64,000 nt of DNA. It comes from Minisyncoccota bacterium (GTDB lineage Bacteria; Patescibacteriota; Minisyncoccia; Phycocordibacterales; Phycocordibacteraceae). The translations under genes were made by a program, and so were the position numbers. Below the pieces are notes generated by a model that had not been told where the DNA came from, did no database searches, and was given only the letters and a program-made list of their open reading frames with translations. The stretch lies in NCBI GenBank assembly GCA_022842585.1, contig JALHPI010000001.1:2298-66297 (forward strand). Reading direction: 5' to 3'. Positions 1-8,862 of the stretch are shown here, piece after piece. The first letter of the stretch is position 1. The number at the start of each line of letters is the position of its first letter.

Positions 1-838
1 AAAAGCGCGAGAGAACGGCCTGGATTGAGTAATTCTGAAGAGGCCCCAAGCGCAAATACAGGCATATTTTGACTAGTGGAGGCGGTTATACGAGCGTCAA
101 ACGCATTTGCGAGCATGTTTCGAGCTTCTAAGAGGCCATTTTGCCCTTCAGAAGGGTTGGAAATGGAAATAATCGTACCTTTATATAGTGCGAGGCTCGT
201 GTCGGCGAAGCCAAGCATCCGATCACCAAGATGCAGGGTCAATGTGGCCACTTTTGCGGCCGGACCATGCTCGATATCGACGAATTCAGCCAAAGCGCGG
301 GTTCCGATATCGCTAGTGTTTTTAAGGGTATTTATAGAAATTCGGGCACCAGTTTCAACGATTCCAACATGCGCCCCAAAGAGTCCAACGTTGACAACGA
401 AGAGCGCGATAAAGAGCGCTACAAGCTTTTCGCGAAGTTCGGTTGCGGCAAAAAACGGACTTGGAATTGGAGCGGTGTACGTACGCTTTTGCGCGACAAC
501 AGCATCAATGCTGATTGGGGAAGGTAGTGCTTCAGTATCAACGGCGATAGGCGCAGAAGGAGCTGAAATAGGCTGTATATTAGCCGTATTTTGCGACTGT
601 ATCGCCTTATACTCATCTTCGCGCTTCTTCGAAAGAAGCTCTGCATTTATTTTTTTCTGTTGCTCCTGTTCCGCAACGAATTGTAAAAGCGATGCACGAT
701 CAATGACCCAAGAACGACCGACACGGCTTCCAGATATTTTTCCTTCACGACAAAGACGACCGAGATAATCCGAATGATATCCGGACAGTTCCGAAGCCTC
801 GCGGGTCGTGATTATGTTTTGGTTGAGGAGTGAATCCA
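1..838 (-). CDS. Membrane-anchored HTH (HTH_17/excisionase-MerR-like) protein, 5'-complete. The ORF runs off the left edge, so the C-terminal end is missing. N-terminal HTH, ~100-aa linker, one TM helix, then an extracytoplasmic domain. Paralog of 1373..2230.
   Basis: Manual minus-strand translation from the ATG at 838 gives MDSLLNQNIITTREASELSGYHSDYLGRLCREGKISGSRVGRSWVIDRASL. This parallels the N-terminus of the 1373..2230 product (LSGYAKDYVGQLCREGRVESKLVGRSWYV). There is a hydrophobic stretch LVALFIALFVVNVGLFGAHVGIV and no stop codon before position 1. The + strand ORF 76..768 is its shadow. Confidence 0.6.
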
Positions 839-1287
839 TGTCGGATATCCGAAGTAGCTATATTTTATAACCTTATATTCGTTCCATCCTAGAAAAGTGT
901 GGGGATAAAAATATTTTTATTTCAAAAATAAATTCTCTAAATTTTGAGTAACGCGGACTTAAATACCTACATTTTTTAATAAACTTCCCTTTTAAAAGTT
1001 TTAGAGGATCTGAATGACACACGAACATAGGAAAAAAGAGTTTTGAAGAGAAAAATCGCGATAGCACAGCGCTTTGCGTGAAAAAAATTAAAAACATAAG
1101 CCAAAAGAGGCACTTCTCTGCGGAATTTCTTCTTAATCAATAGATTTTCACGTTATGAAAGGGAATAGAGCTGCCACGAGCCATATTTTTCGATTGAGGA
1201 CCACCTAATAAAGCACCATGAAGGGGAATTACTAAGGTTTTTATACGAAAAATCCTTCATTTCTTACCAAATCTTATTAAAGAAAAT

Positions 1288-1322
1288 AAAAACACCCTGT
1301 AGATGTACAGGATGTTTATTAT
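1288..1322 (-). terminator. Weak candidate hairpin terminator. The stem is CCTGTA-N4-TACAGG, with an A-run on one side and a T-rich run on the other.
   Basis: The 6-bp inverted repeat at about 1297-1312 is followed on the minus strand by GTGTTTTTATTTTC. It sits downstream of the 1373..2230 gene. Confidence 0.3.
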
Positions 1323-1372
1323 TCTTTATTTTATTATCTTGTTTATACGAGACGAGATATATAGTAAATACG

Positions 1373-2230
1373 CTATTTATTTACTACGCTTGAACCCTGA
1401 AGATACTGAAGTATGGATGAGTTACTTACTCCAGTGAGATGAAGCTCATCGATGAATCCAGTCGATACGAGCGTGATACTGGCGACTATGACTATTACTC
1501 CGATAAGGAATGCTTTCGTTACCATACTCGGGTCTTTCTTTTGCTTCTGGTGCTTTCGAGTATTTGGTACGTGATACGTTTCTTCTCTTGGAGAGAGCAC
1601 TCTTCCCTGTGTAGCACGCTCTATAGGCTCGAATGCCTGTGGTACAGGCCGCTCTTCAGTCCGGTAAGGATACTGGGGCTTTATAGGCTCTATATCGCTT
1701 ACTATCATGCGTACCGGTACTGATTCTTCCCTTCGTATAGGCTCCGCTACCGGCTTTTCTTCGTATACGGTAGGTTCAGGCTCTTTCCGGTGCTGCGGAT
1801 AGGTCGATCCGACATTCCGTTCAGTAAACCATTCTTGCCACGTGGACTGCATTTCCGATACGGCCTTTGGCGCTTCTGGTTCGTTTTTTTCTACTGGTAC
1901 GACCTCATTTTCAGAAAGAACAGGCAGATTTTCATAGGACTCAGAGGTATAGGCTGGTTGCTGCCAAACGGCCTGAATATTAGTGTTTTCGGATGTTTTT
2001 GCATTAAAAACACTGTCACTTTCGACTCCACCCTTCCCTTTTGAACGCTCGTCATTGAAACGATGCTCCCGTATGGATGGTTCATACACGTACCAGCTTC
2101 TGCCCACAAGCTTCGATTCCACACGCCCCTCTCTACAAAGTTGACCTACATAGTCCTTAGCGTAGCCCGACAATGCGGCGGCTTTTTTTGAGGAAACAAA
2201 TACTTTTCCGTCTATTGTGAGTTCGTCCAT
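1373..2230 (-). CDS. Membrane-anchored HTH (HTH_17-like) protein. N-terminal DNA-binding domain, a long acidic/Pro-rich linker, a C-terminal TM helix and a short tail.
   Basis: 285-aa ORF. The N-terminus has a T-x-EAA-x-L-G-x-S-xx-x-I-x-x-L-x-R-x-G-like pattern (KKAAALSGYAKDYVGQLCREGRVESKLVGRSWYV). The C-terminal hydrophobic segment is AFLIGVIVIVASITLVSTGFI. Tandem paralog of 1..838. Confidence 0.6.
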   Translation of the reverse strand: MDELTIDGKVFVSSKKAAALSGYAKDYVGQLCREGRVESKLVGRSWYVYEPSIREHRFNDERSKGKGGVESDSVFNAKTSENTNIQAVWQQPAYTSESYENLPVLSENEVVPVEKNEPEAPKAVSEMQSTWQEWFTERNVGSTYPQHRKEPEPTVYEEKPVAEPIRREESVPVRMIVSDIEPIKPQYPYRTEERPVPQAFEPIERATQGRVLSPREETYHVPNTRKHQKQKKDPSMVTKAFLIGVIVIVASITLVSTGFIDELHLTGVSNSSILQYLQGSSVVNK

Positions 2231-2409
2231 AGGTTTTTTATAAGAAAATAGGCTTATTGGGTATCGGTTTATAGTAACTCCGCTACTCGTTTAGGCCTGA
2301 TAGGCACTGAATAATATAGTAAGTATATAGCTATCTTGTCTCGAATATAAGTGATTATCAACAGAGAATTTTATATGACTAAATAGGCCGTTCAAGCCTA
2401 CGGTGTCTC

Positions 2410-3837
2410 CTACTTTCTAAGTTCCTCCTCAAGCAGACCCTTGAGTACCCCGGGGTTTCCTGCCCCTTTAGTGGCCTTCATTGCCTGCCCGACCAGGTAC
2501 TGTATGACACTCTCCTTGCCTGCCTTGAACTCCTCGGCGACCGCTGGGTTAAGGGCAATGACCTCAAGTACGGCCGCTCTGAGCGCCTCGGTATCGCTTA
2601 CCTGCAGGAGGCCGTTCTTTTCCGCTAAGTCTTCGGGAGCACCGCCTGAGAGGTACATTTCCGAGAGAATCTCCTTTGCTCCGCGGGACGATATCTTCCC
2701 CTCCTTGATCATCTGCATAAGTGAGAAGAAGTAGTCTGCGCGCAGGTGCTCGACGTTTCCCTTCGTATCACTGTCGCGCAGGAGCCTCACTACGTCGGAA
2801 AGAATGTAGTTGCCGGTCAGACGGACAATCTCGCTATCACCGTTGGTGTGCGCCACTACCCCCTCGAACAATGCAGTGAGGGATTCGTCTTGCAGGAATA
2901 TTTCTGTGTCTTCTTCTTTCAGTCCGAGTGCCGTATAACGCGCGCGTCGTTCCCAAGGCAACTCAGGGAGCGAGGCTGCAAGCACTTCGGAAGAAAGCTC
3001 CGCAAGCTCTGAGCGCACGAGCTTCGGAAGGTCCGGCTCTGGGAAATAGCGGTAATCAGCGCTCCCTTCCTTGAAGCGTTGGTGGAAGGTCTCTTGGGTG
3101 CCTTCGTTCCAACCACGGGTCTCCTGAACCACTTTGCCTCCGGAATCTATGAGGGTTGACTGACGCTCGACTTCATACGCAATCGCGCGTTCGACCGACC
3201 GAAACGAGTTCAGGTTTTTCACTTCGACTTTCGTTCCAAAAGTCTCGTCTTTCGAAACGGAAATGTTCGCTTCAATACGCATCTCACCCTTTTCAAGATT
3301 GGCATCGGAGACGCCGAGCGTACGTAGGAGGAGCTGGAGCTCACGTGCAAAGCGTCCGGCGGTCTCCGCATCATGTATCACTGGTTCAGTGACGAGCTCC
3401 ATGAGGGGTACGCCCGCGCGATTGAAATCGATGAGACTCTTGCCGCCTTCGTGCGTTGAGCGCGCCGTATCTTCTTCGAGATGCACACGGGTTATCGCAA
3501 CGTCGTTCAATGCTCCTCCAGATACGAGCGGGTACTCGTACTGGCTGATCTGGTATCCCTTCGGGATATCCGGATAAAAATAACTCTTGCGGTCAAACTC
3601 AGTGTACTCGGCGAGCGTGCTGTTGAGTGCGGTTCCGACGCGAAGCACCTGCTTCACCGCTTCGCGATTGATGACCGGGAGTGTGCCGGGGTGCGCAAGG
3701 CAGACCGGGCACGTATGTGCGTTCGGGCTTGAGCCCTCAGGCTCGTTTTTGGAAGCACAAAACATCTTCGTGCGGGTCTTCAATTCCGCATGGATTTCAA
3801 GCCCTATGGTCGGTCGGTAGGATGATGGGGCTGCCAT
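2410..3837 (-). CDS. gatB: Asp-tRNA(Asn)/Glu-tRNA(Gln) amidotransferase subunit B
   Basis: 475-aa ORF with the GatB N-terminal signature TIGLEIHAELKT...CPVCLAHPGTLPVINREAV and a C-terminal GatB/YqeY-like tail. Confidence 0.9.
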   Translation of the reverse strand: MAAPSSYRPTIGLEIHAELKTRTKMFCASKNEPEGSSPNAHTCPVCLAHPGTLPVINREAVKQVLRVGTALNSTLAEYTEFDRKSYFYPDIPKGYQISQYEYPLVSGGALNDVAITRVHLEEDTARSTHEGGKSLIDFNRAGVPLMELVTEPVIHDAETAGRFARELQLLLRTLGVSDANLEKGEMRIEANISVSKDETFGTKVEVKNLNSFRSVERAIAYEVERQSTLIDSGGKVVQETRGWNEGTQETFHQRFKEGSADYRYFPEPDLPKLVRSELAELSSEVLAASLPELPWERRARYTALGLKEEDTEIFLQDESLTALFEGVVAHTNGDSEIVRLTGNYILSDVVRLLRDSDTKGNVEHLRADYFFSLMQMIKEGKISSRGAKEILSEMYLSGGAPEDLAEKNGLLQVSDTEALRAAVLEVIALNPAVAEEFKAGKESVIQYLVGQAMKATKGAGNPGVLKGLLEEELRK

Positions 3838-3852
3838 TACCCGTATCGTGTC

Positions 3853-4833
3853 TCAGACTTTGGATTTGAGCAAGCTCGCCAGGCGGTCGCCGAAGGCTTT
3901 TACGAGGTCATCATCGAGTATGGAAATGGTGAGAACTTCCCGCTCCCCTACCGCCTCCTTGAGGGTGGCAAGGCATTTTTTAAGCCCTGATTCATCGAGC
4001 ATGTCGGCTTTTGAGAGCACGACGAGCTCCGGTTTCTCTGCGAGACCACGTCCGAACGCTTCAAGCTCCTTCCGTATGGCCCTATAGGATGCGGCGATGT
4101 CTTCTTGTTCAGCCGAGACAAGATGGACAAGCAGACCGGTTCTTTCTACGTGTCGTAGGAACTTTGAACCGAGACCTCGTCCTGACGAGGCGCCCTCTAT
4201 AAGCCCTGGGATGTCCGCAATGAGGTGACCGTAGAAGTCTCCGAGGTGCGGATCAAGTGTAGTAAACGGGTAGGCACCTACCTTGGACTGGGCACGGGTG
4301 AGCGCATTTAGAAGAGAAGACTTTCCTGCGTTCGGGAACCCGATAAGACCGACGTCCGCGATGAGTTTAAGGGTGATTTCGATATCCCCAACCCCTCCTG
4401 ATTTTCCCGTCGTTACCACCACCGGATTCTGGTTTGTGGAGCTTTTGAAGTGCGCATTGCCACGTCCTCCAGGACCACCCTTGAAGACGACCTCGCGCTG
4501 TCCATGTTCGATTATTTCAAATACTTCGCCCGTGGTCGTAACCTTAAGCACGGTCCCGACCGGCACTTGAAGCACTATCGATTCGCCGTCGGCGCCATGT
4601 TTGTTGTTATTGCCTCCCGGCTTCCCGTTCTCTGCGCGGAATTTTTTTGTAAACCGGAACGTTGCGAGCGCGGAAAGGTCGCGCACTCCCTCAAATATAA
4701 TGTCACCGCCACGGCCGCCGTCGCCCCCTGCAGGCCCGCCCTTATCCTTACCTTTCATATGAAGCCAGCGGGTTACCCCCGGACCTCCGTGTCCTGCTTG
4801 TGCGTGTATGCGAACTTCGTCGACGAGTGCCAT
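3853..4833 (-). CDS. obg: GTPase Obg/CgtA
   Basis: 326 aa. Gly-rich Obg fold N-terminus (GGPGGDGGRGGDIIF, GKPGG). G-domain motifs GFPNAGKSSLL and DIPGLIEGAS. Confidence 0.9.
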   Translation of the reverse strand: MALVDEVRIHAQAGHGGPGVTRWLHMKGKDKGGPAGGDGGRGGDIIFEGVRDLSALATFRFTKKFRAENGKPGGNNNKHGADGESIVLQVPVGTVLKVTTTGEVFEIIEHGQREVVFKGGPGGRGNAHFKSSTNQNPVVVTTGKSGGVGDIEITLKLIADVGLIGFPNAGKSSLLNALTRAQSKVGAYPFTTLDPHLGDFYGHLIADIPGLIEGASSGRGLGSKFLRHVERTGLLVHLVSAEQEDIAASYRAIRKELEAFGRGLAEKPELVVLSKADMLDESGLKKCLATLKEAVGEREVLTISILDDDLVKAFGDRLASLLKSKV

Positions 4834-4839
4834 GGTGAA

Positions 4840-7350
4840 TTAGACTAGTTCCCAACCCTCCGCGAGAAATGGTTCTGCTTTCTTGTATTTCATCGTTTGC
4901 GTCCGCTCGCCGTTTCGTATCGTCACCGTATCGTTTCGACCGGGTGTTTCGCCTTTTTGTACCGGTATTCCGGAGGACTCGGAAGCGCCTGCGGCAAGGA
5001 CTGTTTTCCGGACTTTCGCTTCCTCTGCCTTGATGCGCGAATCATCCGCCGGACGGATGCGCGGGAGCGCTTCCGCAAGTGAGGTATTGATTGCCGACTC
5101 CATCGTATGGAATCGCATGAGACCTTCGCGTCGATACTCGATAAGAGGGTCACGTTGTCCGTATGCGCGCAGCGATACGGAGCGACGCAGGTACTCCATC
5201 GTTTCAAGATGCTCGAGCCAGAATGCATCTACGACCTGGAGAAGAAGTCTACGCAACACGTTTGGAAATGCTTCGCCAAATTCTACACGCTTCGATTCAA
5301 ACGCCGCTTCAGCCGCAGCATCTCCTACGATAAGAGACTTGATGTTCGCTTCCACCTCTTCATTCGTGCCAAGGAGTGCGGTTCGGCGCTTCTGGTATAT
5401 GGAAAGACGCTGGGAGTTCAATACATCGTCATATGCGAGTACCTGTTTTCGGGAATCAAAGTTGAATCCCTCGATACGCTTCTGCGCTGTTTCAAGCGAC
5501 TTCGAAATCATCCCGCTCTGAATAGGCTCATCTTCCGGTATTTTGAACGTGCCCATGACATTCTTCACCATGTCGGAAGCAAACACGCGCATAAGCTTGT
5601 CCTCAAGCGATACATAGAACTGGGTCGCGCCTGGGTCGCCCTGGCGGCCGGAACGGCCTCGCAGCTGGTCGTCTATGCGGCGCGCCTCGTGACGCTCGGT
5701 ACCGATGACGATGAGTCCGCCAAGCGCCATGACCTCGTCGCGCTCAGCCTCGTTTACCGGCACGCCGCCAAGCTTGATGTCGACGCCGCGACCGGCAAGG
5801 TTCGTCGCAACCGTCACTTTCCCCTTTGCGCCCGCGCCTGCGATGATTTCCCCTTCGCGTTCATGGTTCTTTGCATTCAACACTTCGTGCGGTATGCCGG
5901 CATCTTTCAGCGCCTGGCTTACCGTCTCATTGTCTTCAATGGACACCGTACCTACCAACACCGGCTGTCCTTTTTCGTTAAGCTCTTTTACTTGGCGCGC
6001 AAGAGCTTTGTACTTCCCGGTATTGGTTTGGAAGATGAGGTCATCGTGGTCGATGCGCTGTACGGCGCGATTGGTCGGGACTGCGACCACCTCAAGCTTA
6101 TATACGGTATAAAATTCTTCCTCGGAGGAGAGCGCCGTACCGGTCATACCCGAGAGACCGTCGTACATGCGGAAGTAGTTCTGGAACGTGACGGAAGCGT
6201 AGGTTCGGGTCTCCGCCTTAACTTTTACACCCTCCTTTGCTTCCACAGCCTGATGGAGACCTTCAGACCATCTCCGGCCCGCCTGAAGCCGTCCAGTAAA
6301 CTCATCCACAATGACGATTTCCCCGTCTTTTATGACGTACTCCTTATCCTTAAGAAAGAGCGCTTTTGCGCGCACCGCCGTCTCAAGTTGGTGCGCAAAC
6401 TTCATTCCCCCCTCCGTGTAGAGGTTATCTATTCCAAGCGCTTTCTCTGCCTTCGTGATGCCTTCTTCGGTTATCTGCACGGCACGCTGTTTCTCATCAA
6501 TCGTATAATCAGTGCCTTCGGCAAAGCTCCGAACAATCTTCGCGAACTGTTCGTACAGCCCTTCTGCGTCTGCGGCGGGACCAGAAATGATAAGCGGTGT
6601 GCGCGCTTCATCGATAAGGATGGAGTCGATTTCGTCTACGATTGCGTAGTGATGCCCGCGCTGGTTTATCTGAGCCGCATCATAGGCCGTGTTATCCCGC
6701 AGGTAATCGAACCCGAGTTCGTTGTTCGTCGCATAGGTGATGTCGGCGGCGTACGCGTCTTTTTTCGATGCGGGACGTAGGTAATCGTAAAACACGCGGA
6801 ATGATCCTTCTTCGTCCCGTTTCGCATCTTCATCTGCTTCCGTATGGGATGGATCATACAGGTACGCGCCCGCAGACGTGACCACGCCTACCGAAAGTCC
6901 GAGGTATCGATACACCTGCCCCATCCAGGCCGCGTCACGGCGGGCGAGGTAGTCGTTTACGGTCACCAGATGCACTCCCCGTCCTTCTAGGGAACGTATC
7001 GTTGCGGCGAGAGTCGCAACGAGGGTCTTTCCTTCACCGGTACGCATTTCCGCGATTTTTCCCTTAGAGAGCGCAAGACCGCCGATGAGCTGTACGTCGT
7101 AGTGACGCTCCTTAAGGGTGCGGCGCGACGCTTCGCGCACAAGCGCGAAGACCTCAGCCACATCATTGTTCTCCGTAGGCTTTCCTCCGGTACGTTGTTT
7201 GACCTCCAAAAGCCGTGCCTTAAGCTCCTCTTCAGTGAGGGGTAGCAATTCCGCCTCAAGAGCTGCGGCGCGTACGACTACCGGTTCCGCCTCCTTTACA
7301 AAGGACGCGGATTCATTCTTGGTAAACAGTCGCCCGAGGAAGCCCGCCAT
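4840..7350 (-). CDS. secA: Preprotein translocase ATPase SecA
   Basis: 836 aa. DEAD-motor motifs (MRTGEGKTLVATLAA, ILIDEARTPLIISG), a preprotein cross-linking domain and a helical scaffold. The long + strand ORF 5107..6780 is an antisense shadow. Confidence 0.92.
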   Translation of the reverse strand: MAGFLGRLFTKNESASFVKEAEPVVVRAAALEAELLPLTEEELKARLLEVKQRTGGKPTENNDVAEVFALVREASRRTLKERHYDVQLIGGLALSKGKIAEMRTGEGKTLVATLAATIRSLEGRGVHLVTVNDYLARRDAAWMGQVYRYLGLSVGVVTSAGAYLYDPSHTEADEDAKRDEEGSFRVFYDYLRPASKKDAYAADITYATNNELGFDYLRDNTAYDAAQINQRGHHYAIVDEIDSILIDEARTPLIISGPAADAEGLYEQFAKIVRSFAEGTDYTIDEKQRAVQITEEGITKAEKALGIDNLYTEGGMKFAHQLETAVRAKALFLKDKEYVIKDGEIVIVDEFTGRLQAGRRWSEGLHQAVEAKEGVKVKAETRTYASVTFQNYFRMYDGLSGMTGTALSSEEEFYTVYKLEVVAVPTNRAVQRIDHDDLIFQTNTGKYKALARQVKELNEKGQPVLVGTVSIEDNETVSQALKDAGIPHEVLNAKNHEREGEIIAGAGAKGKVTVATNLAGRGVDIKLGGVPVNEAERDEVMALGGLIVIGTERHEARRIDDQLRGRSGRQGDPGATQFYVSLEDKLMRVFASDMVKNVMGTFKIPEDEPIQSGMISKSLETAQKRIEGFNFDSRKQVLAYDDVLNSQRLSIYQKRRTALLGTNEEVEANIKSLIVGDAAAEAAFESKRVEFGEAFPNVLRRLLLQVVDAFWLEHLETMEYLRRSVSLRAYGQRDPLIEYRREGLMRFHTMESAINTSLAEALPRIRPADDSRIKAEEAKVRKTVLAAGASESSGIPVQKGETPGRNDTVTIRNGERTQTMKYKKAEPFLAEGWELV

Positions 7351-7537
7351 AATGATGCACTATAACACTTTTTTATAATTTTTGCTTGCGTGCCTATATC
7401 GACCAGCTATTGAGACATCTTTAAAAGATTCATATGCAAGGCGCGGGAAAACCGACGAGTGAGCCGTACAGAAGTACGGTGAACGAATCGGTCGGGACCC
7501 GTAACGCAGCAGATGAATTTTTTAACAGGTCTCAAAA

Positions 7538-7570
7538 CAAAAAAGCCCCGCGGAGGCGGGGCTTTTTTGA
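7538..7570. terminator. Bidirectional intrinsic terminator. GCCCCGC-GGAG-GCGGGGC, flanked by an A6 run and a T6 run.
   Basis: Perfect 7-bp GC stem at 7545-7562 with AAAAAA upstream and TTTTTT downstream. It lies immediately 3' of the small basic ORF on the minus strand. Confidence 0.7.
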
Positions 7571-7577
7571 GCTAGCG

Positions 7578-7667
7578 CTATTTGCGCTTTGCAGTCTTGC
7601 GGCGCTTGGTGGTCTTCTTTGCGACCTTCTTCTTTGCGGCCTTCTTAGCCTTTTTCTTTGCAGCCAT
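7578..7667 (-). CDS. 29-aa Lys/Ala-rich highly basic peptide (MAAKKKAKKAAKKKVAKKTTKRRKTAKRK). Histone-H1/HU-tail-like or ribosome-associated; function unknown.
   Basis: ATG at 7667, TAG at 7578-7580. A strong terminator lies 10 nt downstream and another at 7790-7830 upstream. It is embedded in the longer listed ORF 7578..7784. Confidence 0.45.
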   Translation of the reverse strand: MAAKKKAKKAAKKKVAKKTTKRRKTAKRK

Positions 7668-7789
7668 GGTGCAGAAATTAGAGTGTCTGGTAATCGACCC
7701 ACTTCCGCAAAAATTAATTCCGAAGAATTTTTTTGTGCGTAGTGTTCTATTAGCTATTATTGCGCGCAAAAAATAAAAAAGCATAAAAA

Positions 7790-7832
7790 AAACGCGAGCT
7801 GTGGATAACTCGCGCGTTTTTTATTTTATTTT
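7790..7832 (-). terminator. Intrinsic terminator downstream of murB (CGCGAG-N10-CTCGCG, then a T-run on both strands).
   Basis: Hairpin at 7793-7814. The plus strand follows with TTTTTTATTTTATTTTTTT; the minus strand follows with TTTTTTTTATGC. Confidence 0.55.
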
Positions 7833-7842
7833 TTTATAAAAA

Positions 7843-8862
7843 TTATTTCTTTGGCAGTGAACGCACTTCGCGTTCTATTGAAATATTTGTTTTTTCTTTA
7901 ACGAGCGTTTCGACATGTTGCGCGAGCGCTTCTATCTCGCGCGCAGTGCCGCCTGCATCAAGTACAAGTACGAGCGGCTGCGCGCCAAACAGTGATGCGT
8001 TTCCGAGACGGAATCCCCGAAGCGCGAGTATGCGGTCAAGTATGAATGCGAGCGGCACCTTTATGCCGTGCGGGTGCGGAAAACGAGGTACCGCACCGTA
8101 CTCTCGTTCGAGCGCCGCATACGCTTCGGGAGAGAGTACGGGATTTTTGAAAAACGAACCTGCGGTGCCGGATACAGATAGGTCGGGAAACTTTTTATTT
8201 CGTATGGCACGCACCACATTCCCTATCGCTTCAGGCGTGGTCAGGTCTGTTCCCTGTTCTTTCGCAGCGAGCAAATCCCCGTATTCGATACGCGGAGACG
8301 GAACGCGGGTAAGCACGAAATGCACACGCACGATGATGAGGTTCGGTTCGTGCTTGAAGCGGCTATCCCTATACCCGAGCTGGCAGTCTTCCTTAGAGAA
8401 CGTATGCACCGTATCTGTTCCTGCGTCATACGCTTCGACCGATTCAAGTGTTTGCGCGATGTCCGCGCCGTATGCACCTATGTTCTGCACTGGGGCCGCA
8501 CCTACCGTTCCCGGTATGCCTGCGAGGTTTTCAAAGCCCCAGAGACCGCGTGCTGCGACCTCCCGTACAAGCGCATCCCAGTTTTCGCCCGCAGCCACAT
8601 GCACTCGTACCGTATCCTGCTCCGCTTCGTCATACGTAACTCCGCGCATGCCCATACGTATGATGAGACCGTCGTAGCCGTCGTCATGCGCAAGCACGTT
8701 ACTTCCCTCACCAAGCACATAAAACGAGAGCGCGTTTGCGCGCGCGAACTCGAGCGCTTCGCGAAGTTCCGCTTCGTTTGACACCTGCGCGACCGCGCGC
8801 GCGTTCCCGCCGACCTTGAGCGTAGTGAGTGAAGCGAGTGGTACGTATTCCTGTATCGTCAT
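7843..8862 (-). CDS. murB: UDP-N-acetylenolpyruvoylglucosamine reductase
   Basis: 339 aa. FAD-binding MurB N-terminus (TLKVGGNARAVAQVSNEAEL...FYVLGEGSNVL) and a MurB C-terminal domain. Confidence 0.85.
   Translation of the reverse strand: MTIQEYVPLASLTTLKVGGNARAVAQVSNEAELREALEFARANALSFYVLGEGSNVLAHDDGYDGLIIRMGMRGVTYDEAEQDTVRVHVAAGENWDALVREVAARGLWGFENLAGIPGTVGAAPVQNIGAYGADIAQTLESVEAYDAGTDTVHTFSKEDCQLGYRDSRFKHEPNLIIVRVHFVLTRVPSPRIEYGDLLAAKEQGTDLTTPEAIGNVVRAIRNKKFPDLSVSGTAGSFFKNPVLSPEAYAALEREYGAVPRFPHPHGIKVPLAFILDRILALRGFRLGNASLFGAQPLVLVLDAGGTAREIEALAQHVETLVKEKTNISIEREVRSLPKK

Noticed and set aside
76-768. 230-aa plus-strand ORF
   Set aside because: Antisense shadow of the minus-strand HTH-TM gene (1..838), whose product has a clear paralog next door. 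The plus ORF product is low-complexity Ser/Ala/Arg-rich.
5107-6780. 557-aa plus-strand ORF
   Set aside because: Lies entirely antisense inside secA, whose identity is unambiguous. The product is Arg/Leu/Phe-rich with no motifs. Typical long shadow ORF in a GC-rich gene.
7434-7776. Plus-strand ORFs 7434..7742 and 7582..7776
   Set aside because: They read through the strong terminator hairpin at 7545-7562 and overlap the better-supported small basic ORF on the minus strand. Products are low-complexity.
7946-8781. ORFs 7946..8677(+), 8320..8781(+), 8448..8639(+), 8241..8477(-), 8502..8720(-)
   Set aside because: All nested inside murB on alternative frames or strands. High-GC shadow ORFs.
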